Source: Heptranchias perlo
Lineage: Eukaryota
Assembly (NCBI RefSeq): GCF_035084215.1
Contig: NC_090364.1
Span: 1,736,001 to 1,800,000 of the forward strand
Reading direction: 5' to 3'
Length of the DNA stretch: 64,000 bases
Each line of letters opens with the position of its first letter. Positions within the stretch are counted from its first letter, which is position 1. Positions 12,909 to 24,193 of this stretch are shown piece after piece. Made by a program: the position numbers and the translations under genes. Under the pieces are notes generated by a model, which was given only the letters and a program-made list of their open reading frames with translations, ran no database searches and was not told where the DNA came from.

Positions 12909-13327
12909 CATAAACTAGGCTTGTATTCCCTGGAATATAGAAGGTTAGGGGGTGATTTGATTGAGATTTTTAGGATTTTGAAAGGAATTGATAGGATAAA
13001 TAGAGAGAAACCTTTTCCGCTGGTGGGGGGAGTCCAGGACAAGGGGACATAACCTTAAAATCAGAGCCAGGCCGGTCAGGAGAGAAGTTAGGGAACATTT
13101 CTTCACACAAAGGGTGGTTGAAGAGTGGAGAACTCTCCCACCAAAGGCAGTAGATGCTAACTCAATTAATAGATTTAAATCTGAGATCGATCAATTTCTA
13201 CTAGCCGAGGGTATTAAGGGATATAGAGCCAAGATGGGTGGATGGAGTAAGGATACAGATCAGCCATGATCTCATTGAATGGCGGAAGAGGCTCGAGGGG
13301 CTGAATGGCCTCCTCCTGTTCCTATGC
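12909..13327 (+). mobile_element. CR1-type LINE 3' end
   Basis: LGLYSLEYRRLGGDLIEIFRIL and the same tail as other copies. A smaller CR1 tail fragment lies at ~12535-12703. Confidence 0.85.
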
Positions 13328-13600
13328 TCACCCTCTATGGCAACACTACGGTAGATTTTTCCATGGGTTAAGTGCAGCTCCTGTCCGAGTGTGATGAAAT
13401 CTACCCCAATGCATCGCTTTCATTTCCAACACTACCCCTCAGACCTCTCTTTATTCCACCATTAATCCACCTTAGCTGAAACGCAGTGCTCAAAATGACT
13501 GCCGAGACAATGTCAGTCCTTACAACCCAGCCCATGCCGGTGAGTGTGGTGCAAAATGATTGCAAACTCGTCCCCAACGACAGTTGGGAGTGCAATAATC

Positions 13601-13950
13601 CCTCCATGGCCTCGCCCCCTCCCGATCTCTGTGACCTCCTCCAGCCCTACAACCCTCCGAAAACTCTGCGATCCTCCAATTCTGGCCTCTTGCACATCCC
13701 CGATTTCCATCACCCCACCATTGGCGGCCGTGCCTTCAGATGCCTCAGCCCCGGGCTCTGGAATTCCCTCCCTAAACCTCTCCACCCCTGAACCACTCTC
13801 TCCTCCTTTGGCGCTTCTTAAAAGCCCTTTGACCAATCTTTAGTTCACCTGTCTCTTTATGTGGCTTGGTGTCAAACTTTGTTTCATTACGCTCCTGTGA
13901 ACCGCCTTGGGACGTTTTACAATGTTAAAAGCACTGTATTAATGCACGAT
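13601..13950 (+). mobile_element. L2-type LINE 3' end
   Basis: Reverse-complement similarity to 10398-10790 (LLQPYNPP...TIGGRAF...LWNSLP). Confidence 0.8.
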
Positions 13951-14436
13951 AGTGTTGTTGATCTACTGGGAAGAGGAAAACAAAATGTCTGTGGTTTTCC
14001 CTCCCTCATTACCAGGACTAGTCGGCCTGGTTATGCAAGTTGTCAGCACGCAGCCCAGTTTATTACCCTCAGTTCTGCATCATGTGAGAGGATGGGCCTG
14101 GAAACAGTGGTGTGGAAATAATCGAGAGGTTCTGAGTCAGGTTAGGAAATGACCTCAAGCTTATTTAAGGAGAACAGTCATGTGTTGTCGGGTGCGGTGA
14201 GTGTTAATACACCAACCCCTCTCCCAACCCACCAGCTCCTCACATCATCAGCTCCGTTGCTGTCGATGTTTCATTCGGGTTATTTTTGGGATCCTGTTCT
14301 CCTCCCTTTCTGACACACGGGCTGGTAAACTGTCAAGTGAGGTCAGACTTAGCATCACTACCGATACTACAAGAGGAAGAGGTTGAATGTCAGGAAAGGA
14401 AGATCCACAGATCCTGAGAAAGAATGGGTTCGAATC

Positions 14437-15099
14437 ATCAAACCTTACAGCACAGAAGGAGGCCATTCAGCCCAACGTGCCTGTGCTGACTCTTGAAAGA
14501 GCTCTTCAATTAGTCTCAGTCCCTTGCCCTTTCTCTATAGCCCTGCAATATTTTCCTTGTCAAGTATTCATTAAATTCCCTTTTATTGAAACTGCTTCCA
14601 TCACCCTTTTAGGCAGTTCAATCCAGATCATAACAACTCACTGCGTAAAAACAATATTCTCCCCTTGTCCCCTCTGGTTCTTTTGCCAATTATCTTAAAT
14701 CTGTGTCCTCTGGTTACTGAGCCTCCTGCCAGTGGGAAGTTTCTCCCTATTTACCCTATCAAAACCCCTCATAGTTTTGAACACTATGAAATCTCCTCTT
14801 AACATTCTCTGCTCTGAGGAGAACAATCCCAGCTTCTCCAGTCTGTATCATAACTGAAGTCCCTCATCCCTGCTACCATTCTAGTAAATCGCCTCTGTGC
14901 CCTCCCTAAGGCTTTGACATCCTTCCTAAAGTGCGGTGCCCAGAATTGGACACAATACTCCAGCTGAGGTTTAACCAGTGATTTATAAAGATTTAGATTA
15001 ACTTCCTTGCTTTTTTGTACTCTTTGCCTCTATTAATAAAGTCCAGGATCCCCTACGCTTTTTAATAGTTTTATGAACTTGTCCTGCCACCTTCAAAGA
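14437..15099 (-). mobile_element. CR1-type LINE 3' fragment
   Basis: Reverse complement of the 2200-3500 CR1 sequence (cccagaattggacacaatactccagctgagg, cctgccaccttcaaaga). Confidence 0.82.
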
Positions 15100-15239
15100 C
15101 AATAACAGCTCAGTTATGCTCCCTACTGGTGAATGGTGGAACAGCACGTTGCTGTAATAGTCTGCGTGCCTTTTATAATTTAGCCAGTACTAATACACTG
15201 GGTTGCTAAAAAACAAATAATAAATGTGGCCCCTTTTTA

Positions 15240-15690
15240 AAGGGACATAACTAATAACAGAACTTAAACAAAAGGAAAGCGGAAACTTAGAAACTTAAAT
15301 AATGTTGTTGCTGTGTCTAGTTCACACTCCAGACCCTGCGGTGCCCACTGGTCACAGGAAGCCTCAGATGTACTGGCAGGCACCACATGCTCCCTCTCCA
15401 GGGCCACCCGGGCACGGACAAGGCCGAGGGACAGAAGCAGGCAGGCAGAGTGACCACCCCCAGGGGCTGCGTCTCACCTGTGACCTATGGATGGTCAGCT
15501 TGGCCAGGGTCAGGAGCAGAGCCATGAGGAAGTCCCCCCGAATTGCCCGGCCTTCCTCCTCCTCCCTCCTCCGCACCGGGCGGCCAAAGATCAGGAGCGT
15601 GGGTCTGAGGTGGAGCCAGAAGTTGAGGAGCAGCCCCTTCAAATGATGGGTTGCGATCTCTCACACTCTGTGTAGATGTGAAACACCGAC
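15240..15690 (-). mobile_element. Tx1-like (L1 clade) LINE 3' fragment
   Basis: Minus ORF KGLLLNFWLHLRPTLLIFGRPV...LLLTLAKLTIHRS resembles Tx1-type ORF2 C-termini. Recognition only. Confidence 0.55.
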
Positions 15691-16095
15691 TCAGTCAGGC
15701 AGCTGGAGTTACGAGGCAGACCTGGAAATGACACTTTTCTCGTGAAACCACAGACCTGATTATTTAAATACCAATCTTGTTAAAAATGTTTAAAGTTCAA
15801 AGTAACTCCATCCTTCTGCTTCGTCGTAGGTGGATCAGTAAGTGAGGAAAGACAGTGAGACACATGGCTGGACAACTTATCCACAGGGACAAACAAGTTG
15901 TTCAGTGAGAGGGAGAGGATCCTCGATCAGGCGGGTCGAGGTAGTCAGGCTGCTGCCATTCGACATTCAACAGCTGGGCTAATGGTTTGTTCACCAGGTG
16001 CTGAGGTTACTGGGGATTTTGACCCCGGGAAGATTAAAACAGAAAATGCTGGAAATACTCAGCAGGTCAGGCAGCATCAATGGGAGAGAAAGAGT

Positions 16096-16131
16096 GTTAA
16101 ATATTTCAGGTCGATGACCTTTCATCAGAAC
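16096..16131 (-). ncRNA. Minimal hammerhead-ribozyme-like core in a Penelope-like terminal repeat
   Basis: Minus strand reads GTT-CTGATGA-A-AGGTC-ATC-GACCT-GAAA-TATTT-AAC: both conserved core strands, a 5-bp stem II, a palindromic stem III region and a short stem I. Confidence 0.45.
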
Positions 16132-16144
16132 TGGAAGGTGTTAC

Positions 16145-16971
16145 TATTAGACTCGAATTTTTGGAGCAAAACCAGACGGAGACGGAACTGCTGACCAAGT
16201 TAAAGTTTATTAGAAAACCTTGTGCACAAAGGGAGAGTGGTAAACTTCCTCAAGCTCGTGACTAACTCTCAAAGGAACATCAGCACTACAAGCATGTTTA
16301 TACCTTTCAATAAGCAATACCCACCTGCTGTGGAAGGTGGTACAGGTCTACGTAACTACAGTGGGTTTCATTGGGTGGTATAGTCTGCCACTCACTTGTC
16401 AGGGGCTCCCTTGGGTCGTCCCATGACATTAAACATCTCACATTCCTGAGGAGGACCCTTATCAATAAACACAAGTCCCAGACATTGAAACTACACAAAG
16501 GGTCTTCACAAAGTCCCGAGCAGCTGCTCCTTTCTGACTCCCTTTTGAGCTGGGGTAACCTTGGAGATATCCACCGCTCCTCCCTTAATCATCCGAAGTG
16601 AGCTCGTTAGGATGAACAATGTCGGCTTCGGCCTTGGATAAACTTTCCCCAGTGTGTTCTGGAGATAAGCGAGGGGGTGGCCATAAATCCAACAGACCTG
16701 CGTTTGTCAGCTCTTACAGTGTGGGTCACGGACTGCTCCCATAATGGTCAAGTATCCCATCATGCTTTGCTGCTACCTAAATGCTGCATGTGCAATTTAA
16801 CTACTTATGTGTGTGAGGATAAGAGGCTAATCATTCTTTAATATATATATATATATAGATATATATTTATTATATATATTTATATTTATTATATATATAT
16901 ATATCAGGTTAGGTGAGGGGAGGCTGGAGGTTTTGGATTTCTGTTCACAAGCCTATTTTTCCAGTCCAACA
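16145..16971 (-). mobile_element. Solo LTR
   Basis: Flanked by the 4-bp direct repeat TTAC (16141-16144 and 16972-16975). Imperfect terminal inverted repeats tattagact...agtccaaca. Minus-strand TATAAA at 16302-16297 followed by AATAAA at 16211-16206. Confidence 0.65.
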
Positions 16972-16980
16972 TTACAGATG

Positions 16981-17129
16981 ATGAAAGGTCATTGACCTGA
17001 AACGTTAACCCTGTTTCTCTCTCTCTTTCTCTCTCTCTCTTTCTCTCCATAGATGCTGCCTGACCTGCTGAGTGTTTCCAGCATTTTCTGTTTTTATTTC
17101 AGATTTCCAGCATCTGCAGTATTTTCCTT
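16981..17129 (+). mobile_element. Penelope-like terminal-repeat fragment, inverted relative to its host
   Basis: tgaaaggtcattgacctgaaacgttaac...gatgctgcctgacctgctgagtgtttccagcattttctg...gcagtatttt. Confidence 0.6.
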
Positions 17130-17595
17130 GGTGTTAGGGATGAACAGTTTTTTAAGCAAGTACAGAGCCAGGGAAAAGGGAACAGGGTGGAGGAAAGGAC
17201 AAAGGGGAAGGTCTGTGATGGGGTGGAGGGCAGGAGTGATTCAATGACTAAAGGGACGAGGCAAAAGGAGGGGATGATGGGATAAGAAACAAAAGATTGG
17301 TCCAGAGGAGGGGTAAATGGTTACAACAGAGTAACAGAGGGGGAGGGAAACCTGGAAAATCTGACAGAGAAGAAGGCTCCCGTCACCCGGGAATGTGGTG
17401 GAGAAAAGGGGGGAGACCCCAGGGTTACGGATCCCCCAGGCCGTCTATCGATAGGGGATCCACACCCTCAGCCTCCCCCAGTCCCAGTGGTTCTGGTGCA
17501 GCCTTCCTTAGATTGGTAAAGGTCCAGCTGACTGTGGGCCCAGGGAGTTACAGCAGCTGCACCCTGCAAAGTAGATCAGCCATCCTGTGGGGAAC

Positions 17596-18015
17596 TGAGA
17601 GAGAGAGTAACAGAGAGAGAGAGTGACAGAGAGAGAGAGTGACAGAGAGAGAGAGTGACAGAGAGAGTAACAGAGAGAGAGAGTGACAGGGAGAGTAACA
17701 GAGAGAGTGACAGAGAGAGAGAGTAACAGAGAGAGAGTGGGTAACAGAGAGAGAGTAACAGAGAGAGAGAGAGTGACAGAGAGAGAGTGAGAGTGACAGA
17801 GAGAGAGTGAGAGTGACAGAGAGAGTGAGGTGACAGTGAGAGAGAGAGTGACAAAGAGAGAGAGAGTGATAGAGTGTGACAGAGAGAGTGACAGAGAGAG
17901 AGTGAGAGAGTGACAGAGAGAGAGAGTGACAGAGAGAGAGACGGGGAGACAGAGAAAAAGAGAGTGAGAGAAAGAGTGAGACAGACAGAGAGAGCGACAG
18001 ACAGAGACAGACAGA
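17596..18015. repeat. GA-rich simple repeat (gagagagtgaca)n
   Basis: Directly visible. Confidence 0.92.
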
Positions 18016-18827
18016 CTATCTCCCCTGTGGTTCCTCTCTACTGTTTCCAGTCTCCTAGCATTGGGACTTTCAGTCTGCTGGCCCAACACTGCAATGCATT
18101 GTTTTTCTATATAATCAAGTTACTGAGTATCTTGGAGTGGTGTAGACTTTTAACCTTTTGTTTACAAAGCATGATGATGAAATAGTCTTTAAAAAATAAC
18201 TAATCAATGTCTAGTTAATGTTCTGCAATTGTGAACAAGGCAGCATGTTCAAGCAGATGGCCCTTGAACGGGGAAATGATAAGGGAACAGATGATATCCA
18301 AGAGAGAGGACGGCCAGCATATAAGAGAGAAACGCCTCCAAACGTCCTTGTGGATAGTGTCGAGGTTCAGAAAACAAGGTCTGTCTCTACTGATGAATTA
18401 TTGAACAAATCCATTAGAACATAGCGCCAACATATGGAATTGATGTAGTGAAGGTAAAGCTAAGATTGGAATGTGGGATGAGACAGACTGGTACTGGATT
18501 AGGAATAGACCTGGGAGCTGACAGATTCCCAAAGGTGAATCATAACCAGATCCAGAAAGAATGTGCTGTGAGATGAGGTGACTGGTCTTTACTGATTCCA
18601 ATTGCAAGGACAGCAGAGTATTAATTCAGCAGATGGGCACCATCTGGGCAGATACACTCTCTTAATGTGATCAGGTTCATGTAAAGTCTGGGAAACAATG
18701 GGGCATTGTGGCCAGAGCAGAATGTAGTGATAAGAAAAGGCAGATCGAGACAGAGTCTGCACTGCACTGCAGTGAAGCTCCAGAGAGAAAGAGATATCGG
18801 CTAGACATCCTCCCAGGATAAGTTACA

Positions 18828-19292
18828 GAAAGAAAGAAAGCCTTGCTTTATACAGTGCCTCCCACAACCTCAGGATGTCCCAAAGCACTTTACAGCCAAT
18901 TCAGTACTTTTTGAGGTGTAGTCACTGTTGTAATGTAGGAAATGCGGCAGCCAATTTGCACACAGCAAGATCCCACAAACAGCAATATGATCAGATCATC
19001 TATTTTTTAGTGATGTTGGTTGAGGGGTAAATATTGGCCAGGTCACCGGGGAGAACTCCCCTGCTTTTCTTCGGAATAGCCCCACTGGGATCTTTTATGT
19101 CCATTTGAGGGCAGACGGGGCCTCGGTTTAATGTCTCATCCGAAAGACAGCATCTCCGACAGTGCAGCACTCCCTCGGTACTGCACTGGGAGTGTCAGCC
19201 TGGATTACGGGCTTAAGGCTTTGGAGTAAGTCCTGAACTCACAACCTTCTATGATCTCAGAGGCGAGAGTGCTGCCCACTGAATCATGGGCA
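18828..19292 (-). mobile_element. Deu-domain tRNA SINE, near full length
   Basis: Reverse complement of the 41889-42394 copy, from the (ttct)n tail to the tRNA-like head. Confidence 0.82.
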
Positions 19293-19741
19293 ACACTGAG
19301 CCACTAAGTAAGGTGGTCTTAGAACACTCCCCTCTCATACTATTATAATCAATGATGTGGCACTGATGGACTTGGAGTTTTCATCACTAAATAAAGATTA
19401 AACTGATTTATGTTTATATATATTTGCATCTAATTTACAAACCCAAAATATATAGAAACACTGTTAGAAAAGTCTCCAACTAGTGCTTGTCAATTGTCAA
19501 TCTTTAAAGGGTCAAAAGTATTAGAAAAAAGGAAGAAAGTCACTGATTTCCTGCAGATTTTCCTGACCTTGATAACATGGACTCTTCCCCCAGACAAGCA
19601 CCAGTAATTTACAAGGAGTTGCCAATCTACAGAAATTTTCCTCCGAGACGAGTGTCTGATGGGTCACAGGGAGTACCTGAGCGGTGGCCTCAAAGGGACA
19701 GGCTAGATTCAATCCCAGTCCCATTTTAGCATCTGAGCCGG

Positions 19742-19958
19742 TAGTGTGATGGTTCCATTACTGGACTAATAATGCCCAGAACATGAGTTCAAATCCCACC
19801 CTACAGGTTGAGAATATGAATTCAGTTTTTAAAAAAAGCTGGAAATGAAAAGCTGGTAATCAGTAAAAGTGATCCTGACTCTTCGGATTATCGTAAAAAC
19901 CCAAATAATGTCCTTGGGCCTTGCCAGTGATGAGCACATCCCGAGAATGAATTTAAAA
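19742..19958 (+). mobile_element. Second tRNA-derived SINE family, internally deleted
   Basis: B-box-like gagttcaaatccc. The 3' end ggccttgccagtgatgagcacatcccgagaatgaatttaaaa resembles the tail of the LINE at 2285-2967. Confidence 0.55.
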
Positions 19959-20432
19959 TATCACAATCATGCTCAGAATCCAGACCATCCATAAGCAATG
20001 CCACAGGAGATCAGCTAATAGTGTTTGATGCAATTATTAAACAGCAGTGAAAGCCCTCCATTTCCAATCTCTATCAGTGCAATAATGGGAGGGAGCTGGA
20101 CAGGCTGTATAATGAAGAGGGTTAACCTACATAATAACAGGCAAATGGACCTCACTGTACAGACATAGTGATATAGTAACATAGTAACATGGCAATATTG
20201 TTAAATAGTATCACAGTAATATAGTTACATAGTAATACAGTAAGGTAATAATATAATAACATAGTAAAGTAGATTTAAACTCCTGGGTCTGTGGGACAGA
20301 GCTCCCTATTAATGTGTGAACTGGACACTGGCTCCAGGAATAGCCCCACGTGGTGTGTTTTAACAGGATGGTGAGATCAGCTTAACATTCAATGAAACTC
20401 AGACCTGTCCTCATCTGACAGCCGCACACATG

Positions 20433-21201
20433 CACTGTCCAGCCAGAGTCACTGTCCAGCGGAGTCACTGTCCAGCGGAGTCACTGTCCAGCCAGAGTCA
20501 CTGTCCAGCGGAGTCACTGTCCAGCCAGAGTCACTGTCCAGCCAGAGTCACTGTCCAGCGGAGTCACTGTCCAGTCAGTGTGGGAGTCACTGTCTAGCCG
20601 GAGTCACTGTCCAGTCAGTGTGGGAGTCTCTGTCCAGTCGGTGTGGGAGTCACTGTCTAGCCGGAGTCACTGTCCAGTCGGTATGGGCGTCACTGTCTAG
20701 CCGGAGTCACTGTCCAGTCGGTGTGGGAGTCACTGTCTAGCCGGAGTCACTGTCCAGTCGGTATGGGCGTCACTGTCTAGCCGGAGTCACTGTCCAGTCG
20801 GTGTGGGAGTCACTGTCTAGCCGGAGTCACTGTCCAGTCGGTGTGGGAGTCACTGTCTAGCCGGAGTCACTGTCCAGTCGGTGTGTGAGTCACTGTCCAG
20901 TCGGTATGGGCGTCACTGTCTAGCCGGAGTCACTGTCCAGTCGGTGTGTGAGTCACTGTCCAGTCGGTATGGGCGTCACTGTCTAGCCGGAGTCACTGTC
21001 CAGTCGGTATGGGCGTCACTGTCTAGCCGGAGTCACTGTCCAGTCGGTGTGGGAGTCACTGTCTAGCCGGAGTCACTGTCCAGTCGGTGTGTGAGTCACT
21101 GTCCAGTCGGTATGGGCGTCACTGTCTAGCCGGAGTCACTGTCCAGTCGGTGTGGGAGTCACTGTCTAGCCGGAGTCACTGTCCAGCCGGAGTCACTGTC
21201 C
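20433..21201. repeat. Composite minisatellite of gagtcactgtccag-based 16-23-bp subunits with a ~40-bp higher-order unit
   Basis: Directly visible tandem array. Confidence 0.93.
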
Positions 21202-22169
21202 AGGAACCCTTGCTGATTTTCTCCTCCTGCACCCTGTCTGTCTCACTACCTCTCTCCCAACACCCTCAACACCTCCCTCAACACCTCACCTTCATTCACT
21301 TTCCCTAATTCTTTTTCTACCAAAGTTCCATGTCTATTTTTACCTCTGTGAAGCACTCGGGGACAGTCACTATATTAAGGATGCTGTATTGAGAACTGAG
21401 GTGACTTTGCTTCATCTAATACAGAACAGGATCTGCACCAGGTGTGATTATATGAATTACACACCTGTGTGATCATATAAATGTGCATATTTATCTATAG
21501 TCATGGTGTCAATAAGCAAACCAGGGGCAGTCGGCCTATAAGCTGCTGTTATTTGAGTCACACACTGACCCCTTCTGCTCATTGTCTTTGACGGGTCGTT
21601 AACCCGAAATCTCTTTTTGAAATCGATTTCTTGCCCCCCTCCCCCAGTTTTCTCTCTTCTTGCCCTAAAGGCGCTGACTGCAGCTGGGGCACAATTGCCC
21701 AGGGGCAGAGCATCCGCTGGTACCTCGCTAGTGCATCCAATGCATTCTTCACATGTGAGCCCCGACAGAGTGTGTCGGCAGGCTATTTGACCATGGGGGT
21801 CATGACGGCCGAGGAAGATGTTGACCTCACCCAGTGTCCCACACACACGTGGACTTTCTATTGGAGATAACTGGATAGTGCTCGGGAGCTGGCTGATGTT
21901 TCTCTCCTCCAGCCCAGGTTGCTGTAGCCCTTTCACCATGAAAACCCCCACCGTACACTGAATATAAGGAGGGACTTGTAACTTTTCTAGTTGAGTAAGG
22001 CTACGTACTTAACCAAATGAGTAACTTGCCGTAATACTTTCTATCGGGCTGGCAGGGGTGGGGATTTTTTTCCCATTTGTCCCCTCTTTTCATCTGTGTT
22101 AAACATCTGTACAAATATCGTAGCAATCGGTTTGAAAGGACAAAATTGGACCCATTTGCTTTATTAACC

Positions 22170-22772
22170 AAGCCCCGCTCCAGGCTGACATTCCCAGTGC
22201 AATACTGAGGGAGCACTGCACTGTCGGAGGTGCCGTCTTTCGAATAAGACATTAAACACGGGCCCCGTCTCCCTGTTCCAGTGGTTCAGGACGGTGTAAG
22301 AGATCCCACAGCACCAGCTGAAGATGAGCAGGGAGTTCTCCCACTATCCTGGACAACATTCCTCTGTTAACCAACACCACCAAAAACAGATTAACTGGGC
22401 ATTCATCTCATTGCTGTGTGGGATCTTGCTGTGTGCAGATTGGCTGCCATGTTTAGCTTCATAACCAGAGTGACGGCACTGCCAGGTAATTAATTGTAGG
22501 TGATGCGTTTTGGGATTTCCTGAGAGATCTATTAAGACACTGTCAGGTAAAAAGGAATCAAAAGACTTGCATTATACAGATCATTTCACGACCTCAGGAT
22601 GTCCCAAAGCACTTTACAGCCATTGAAGTCCTTTTGAAGTGTAGTCACTGTTATAATGTAGGAAACACGGCAGCCAATTTGCGCACAGCAAGATCCCACA
22701 AACAGCAATGCAATAATGACTGGATAATCTGTTTTAATGACATTGGTTGAGGGATAAATATTGACCAGGACA
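22170..22772. mobile_element. Two Deu-domain SINE fragments tail-to-tail (plus ~22170-22530, minus ~22558-22772)
   Basis: Similarity to the other SINE copies, in opposite orientations. Confidence 0.7.
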
Positions 22773-23068
22773 AGTAGACATCAGTATATGAACAGAGGCG
22801 GTATCCTGTTTATTGTTAATGGATTAATATGTCCGTTAAATAGCTTCCTGCCTGGTGTGGGGAGGGCAGATCCACGAGGTAGGGAGTGGAAGCTGGGATC
22901 TCCCAGTCAGACGCCCTCTCGATGTACAATCCTGCTCAGCTTTGTCTGCAGTGTAAGCAGGGCAAACTCTGACCTCATCAGACCCATTCTCACACCACCT
23001 CAATGGTTTATACGATCCAGGTCTCCTCCCCTTTGTAACTGCCATTAAAAACAGTGCATCACAGCCTG

Positions 23069-23144
23069 TATATAAAGGCCAACATCACAGCTAACAGCAG
23101 ATGCAAGTGTTCACTTCCTGACTCAGACACAGAAGAGTACAAGG
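23069..23144 (+). promoter_or_regulatory. Parvalbumin gene TATA box and non-coding exon 1
   Basis: TATATAAA at 23069-23076 and donor AAGG|gtgagt after 23144. Parvalbumin genes typically have a short non-coding first exon. Confidence 0.7.
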
Positions 23145-23486
23145 GTGAGTGGTATTTAATCTACTTTGTTGAAGTACCATCAGAAATACACTTAAGATGA
23201 TTAAGTATTCCATTGCACTTTATTGGGTGCGTGAAATAATTAAAAATGAAGCTCTTAACAACACAGGTTAACTTATAACAGGGTCCTGTGTGACCTTCAT
23301 ATAGTGAAGCAACAGAAGGAGCTCTTAAAGAGTTAAAGCTCCCTCCCACTTCTCAATTCACTACAGAAATATTGATGATCACTAGATAGTGAAGGAAGTT
23401 CTCCACAGGCTTGTGTTCCCTGTGACATCCAAGCAAACTGGAGTCTTTTAACAGGCAGTGAGATCTGAGGCACCTTGGAGGGGGAG

Positions 23487-23959
23487 CAGTGCAGATTCAC
23501 CAGGATGATACCAGGGATAAAAAGGTTAAATTATGAGGACAGGTTGGATAGACTAGGCTTGTATTCCCTTGAGTTTAGAAGATTAAGGGGTGATCTAATC
23601 GAGGTGTTTAAGATATTAAAGGATTTGATAGGGTAGATAGAGAGAAACTATTTCCTCTGGTGGGAGAGTCCAGAACAAGGGGGCATAACCTTAAAATTAG
23701 AGCCAGGCCGTTCAGGGGTGATGTCAGGAAGCATTTCTTCACACAAAGGGGAGTGGAAATCTGGAACTCTCTCCTCCAAAAATCTGCTGAGGCTGGGGGT
23801 CAATTGAAGATTTCAAAACTGAGACTGATCGATTTTTGTTAGGCAAGGGGATTAAGGGATATGCAGTAAAGGCGGGTAAATGGAATTGGGTACAGATCAG
23901 CCATGATCTAATTGAATAGCGGAACAGGCTTGAGGGGCTGAATGGCCTCCTCCTGTTTC
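23487..23959 (+). mobile_element. CR1-type LINE 3' end in parvalbumin intron 1
   Basis: GESRTRGHNLKIRARPFRGDVRKHFFTQRGVEIWNSL plus the shared tail. Confidence 0.85.
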
Positions 23960-24132
23960 TAGAGTGAGTTAAACAGAGAGATCTTCACATAGAGAGAGTT
24001 GGACTGGGAGATCTTCCTATACAGAGTTAGTGCCCAGTTGCCAAGAGCTTAGAACATTAGTTGAATGAATGATAAAAAGCTGCACATTCCAGACTTTAAT
24101 GAGTCTGATCATTTCTCATTCATAGGTTTACG

Positions 24133-24193
24133 ATGAAGGTCACTGACTTCCTCGCTGCTGGTGATGTAACTGCTGCCCTCACTGAATGCAACG
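24133..24193 (+). CDS. PVALB: Parvalbumin coding exon 1 ([20 protein letters not shown])
   Basis: Acceptor ttctcattcatag ending 24125; donor G|gtaaag. Confidence 0.88.

Larger units (their letters stand above)
16044..17400 (-). mobile_element. Penelope-like element end, split by two later insertions
   Basis: 16044-16143 is the reverse complement of the terminal repeat seen at 16981-17129 and 37543-37675. The host appears to resume at 17130 after a duplicated target. Confidence 0.6.
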
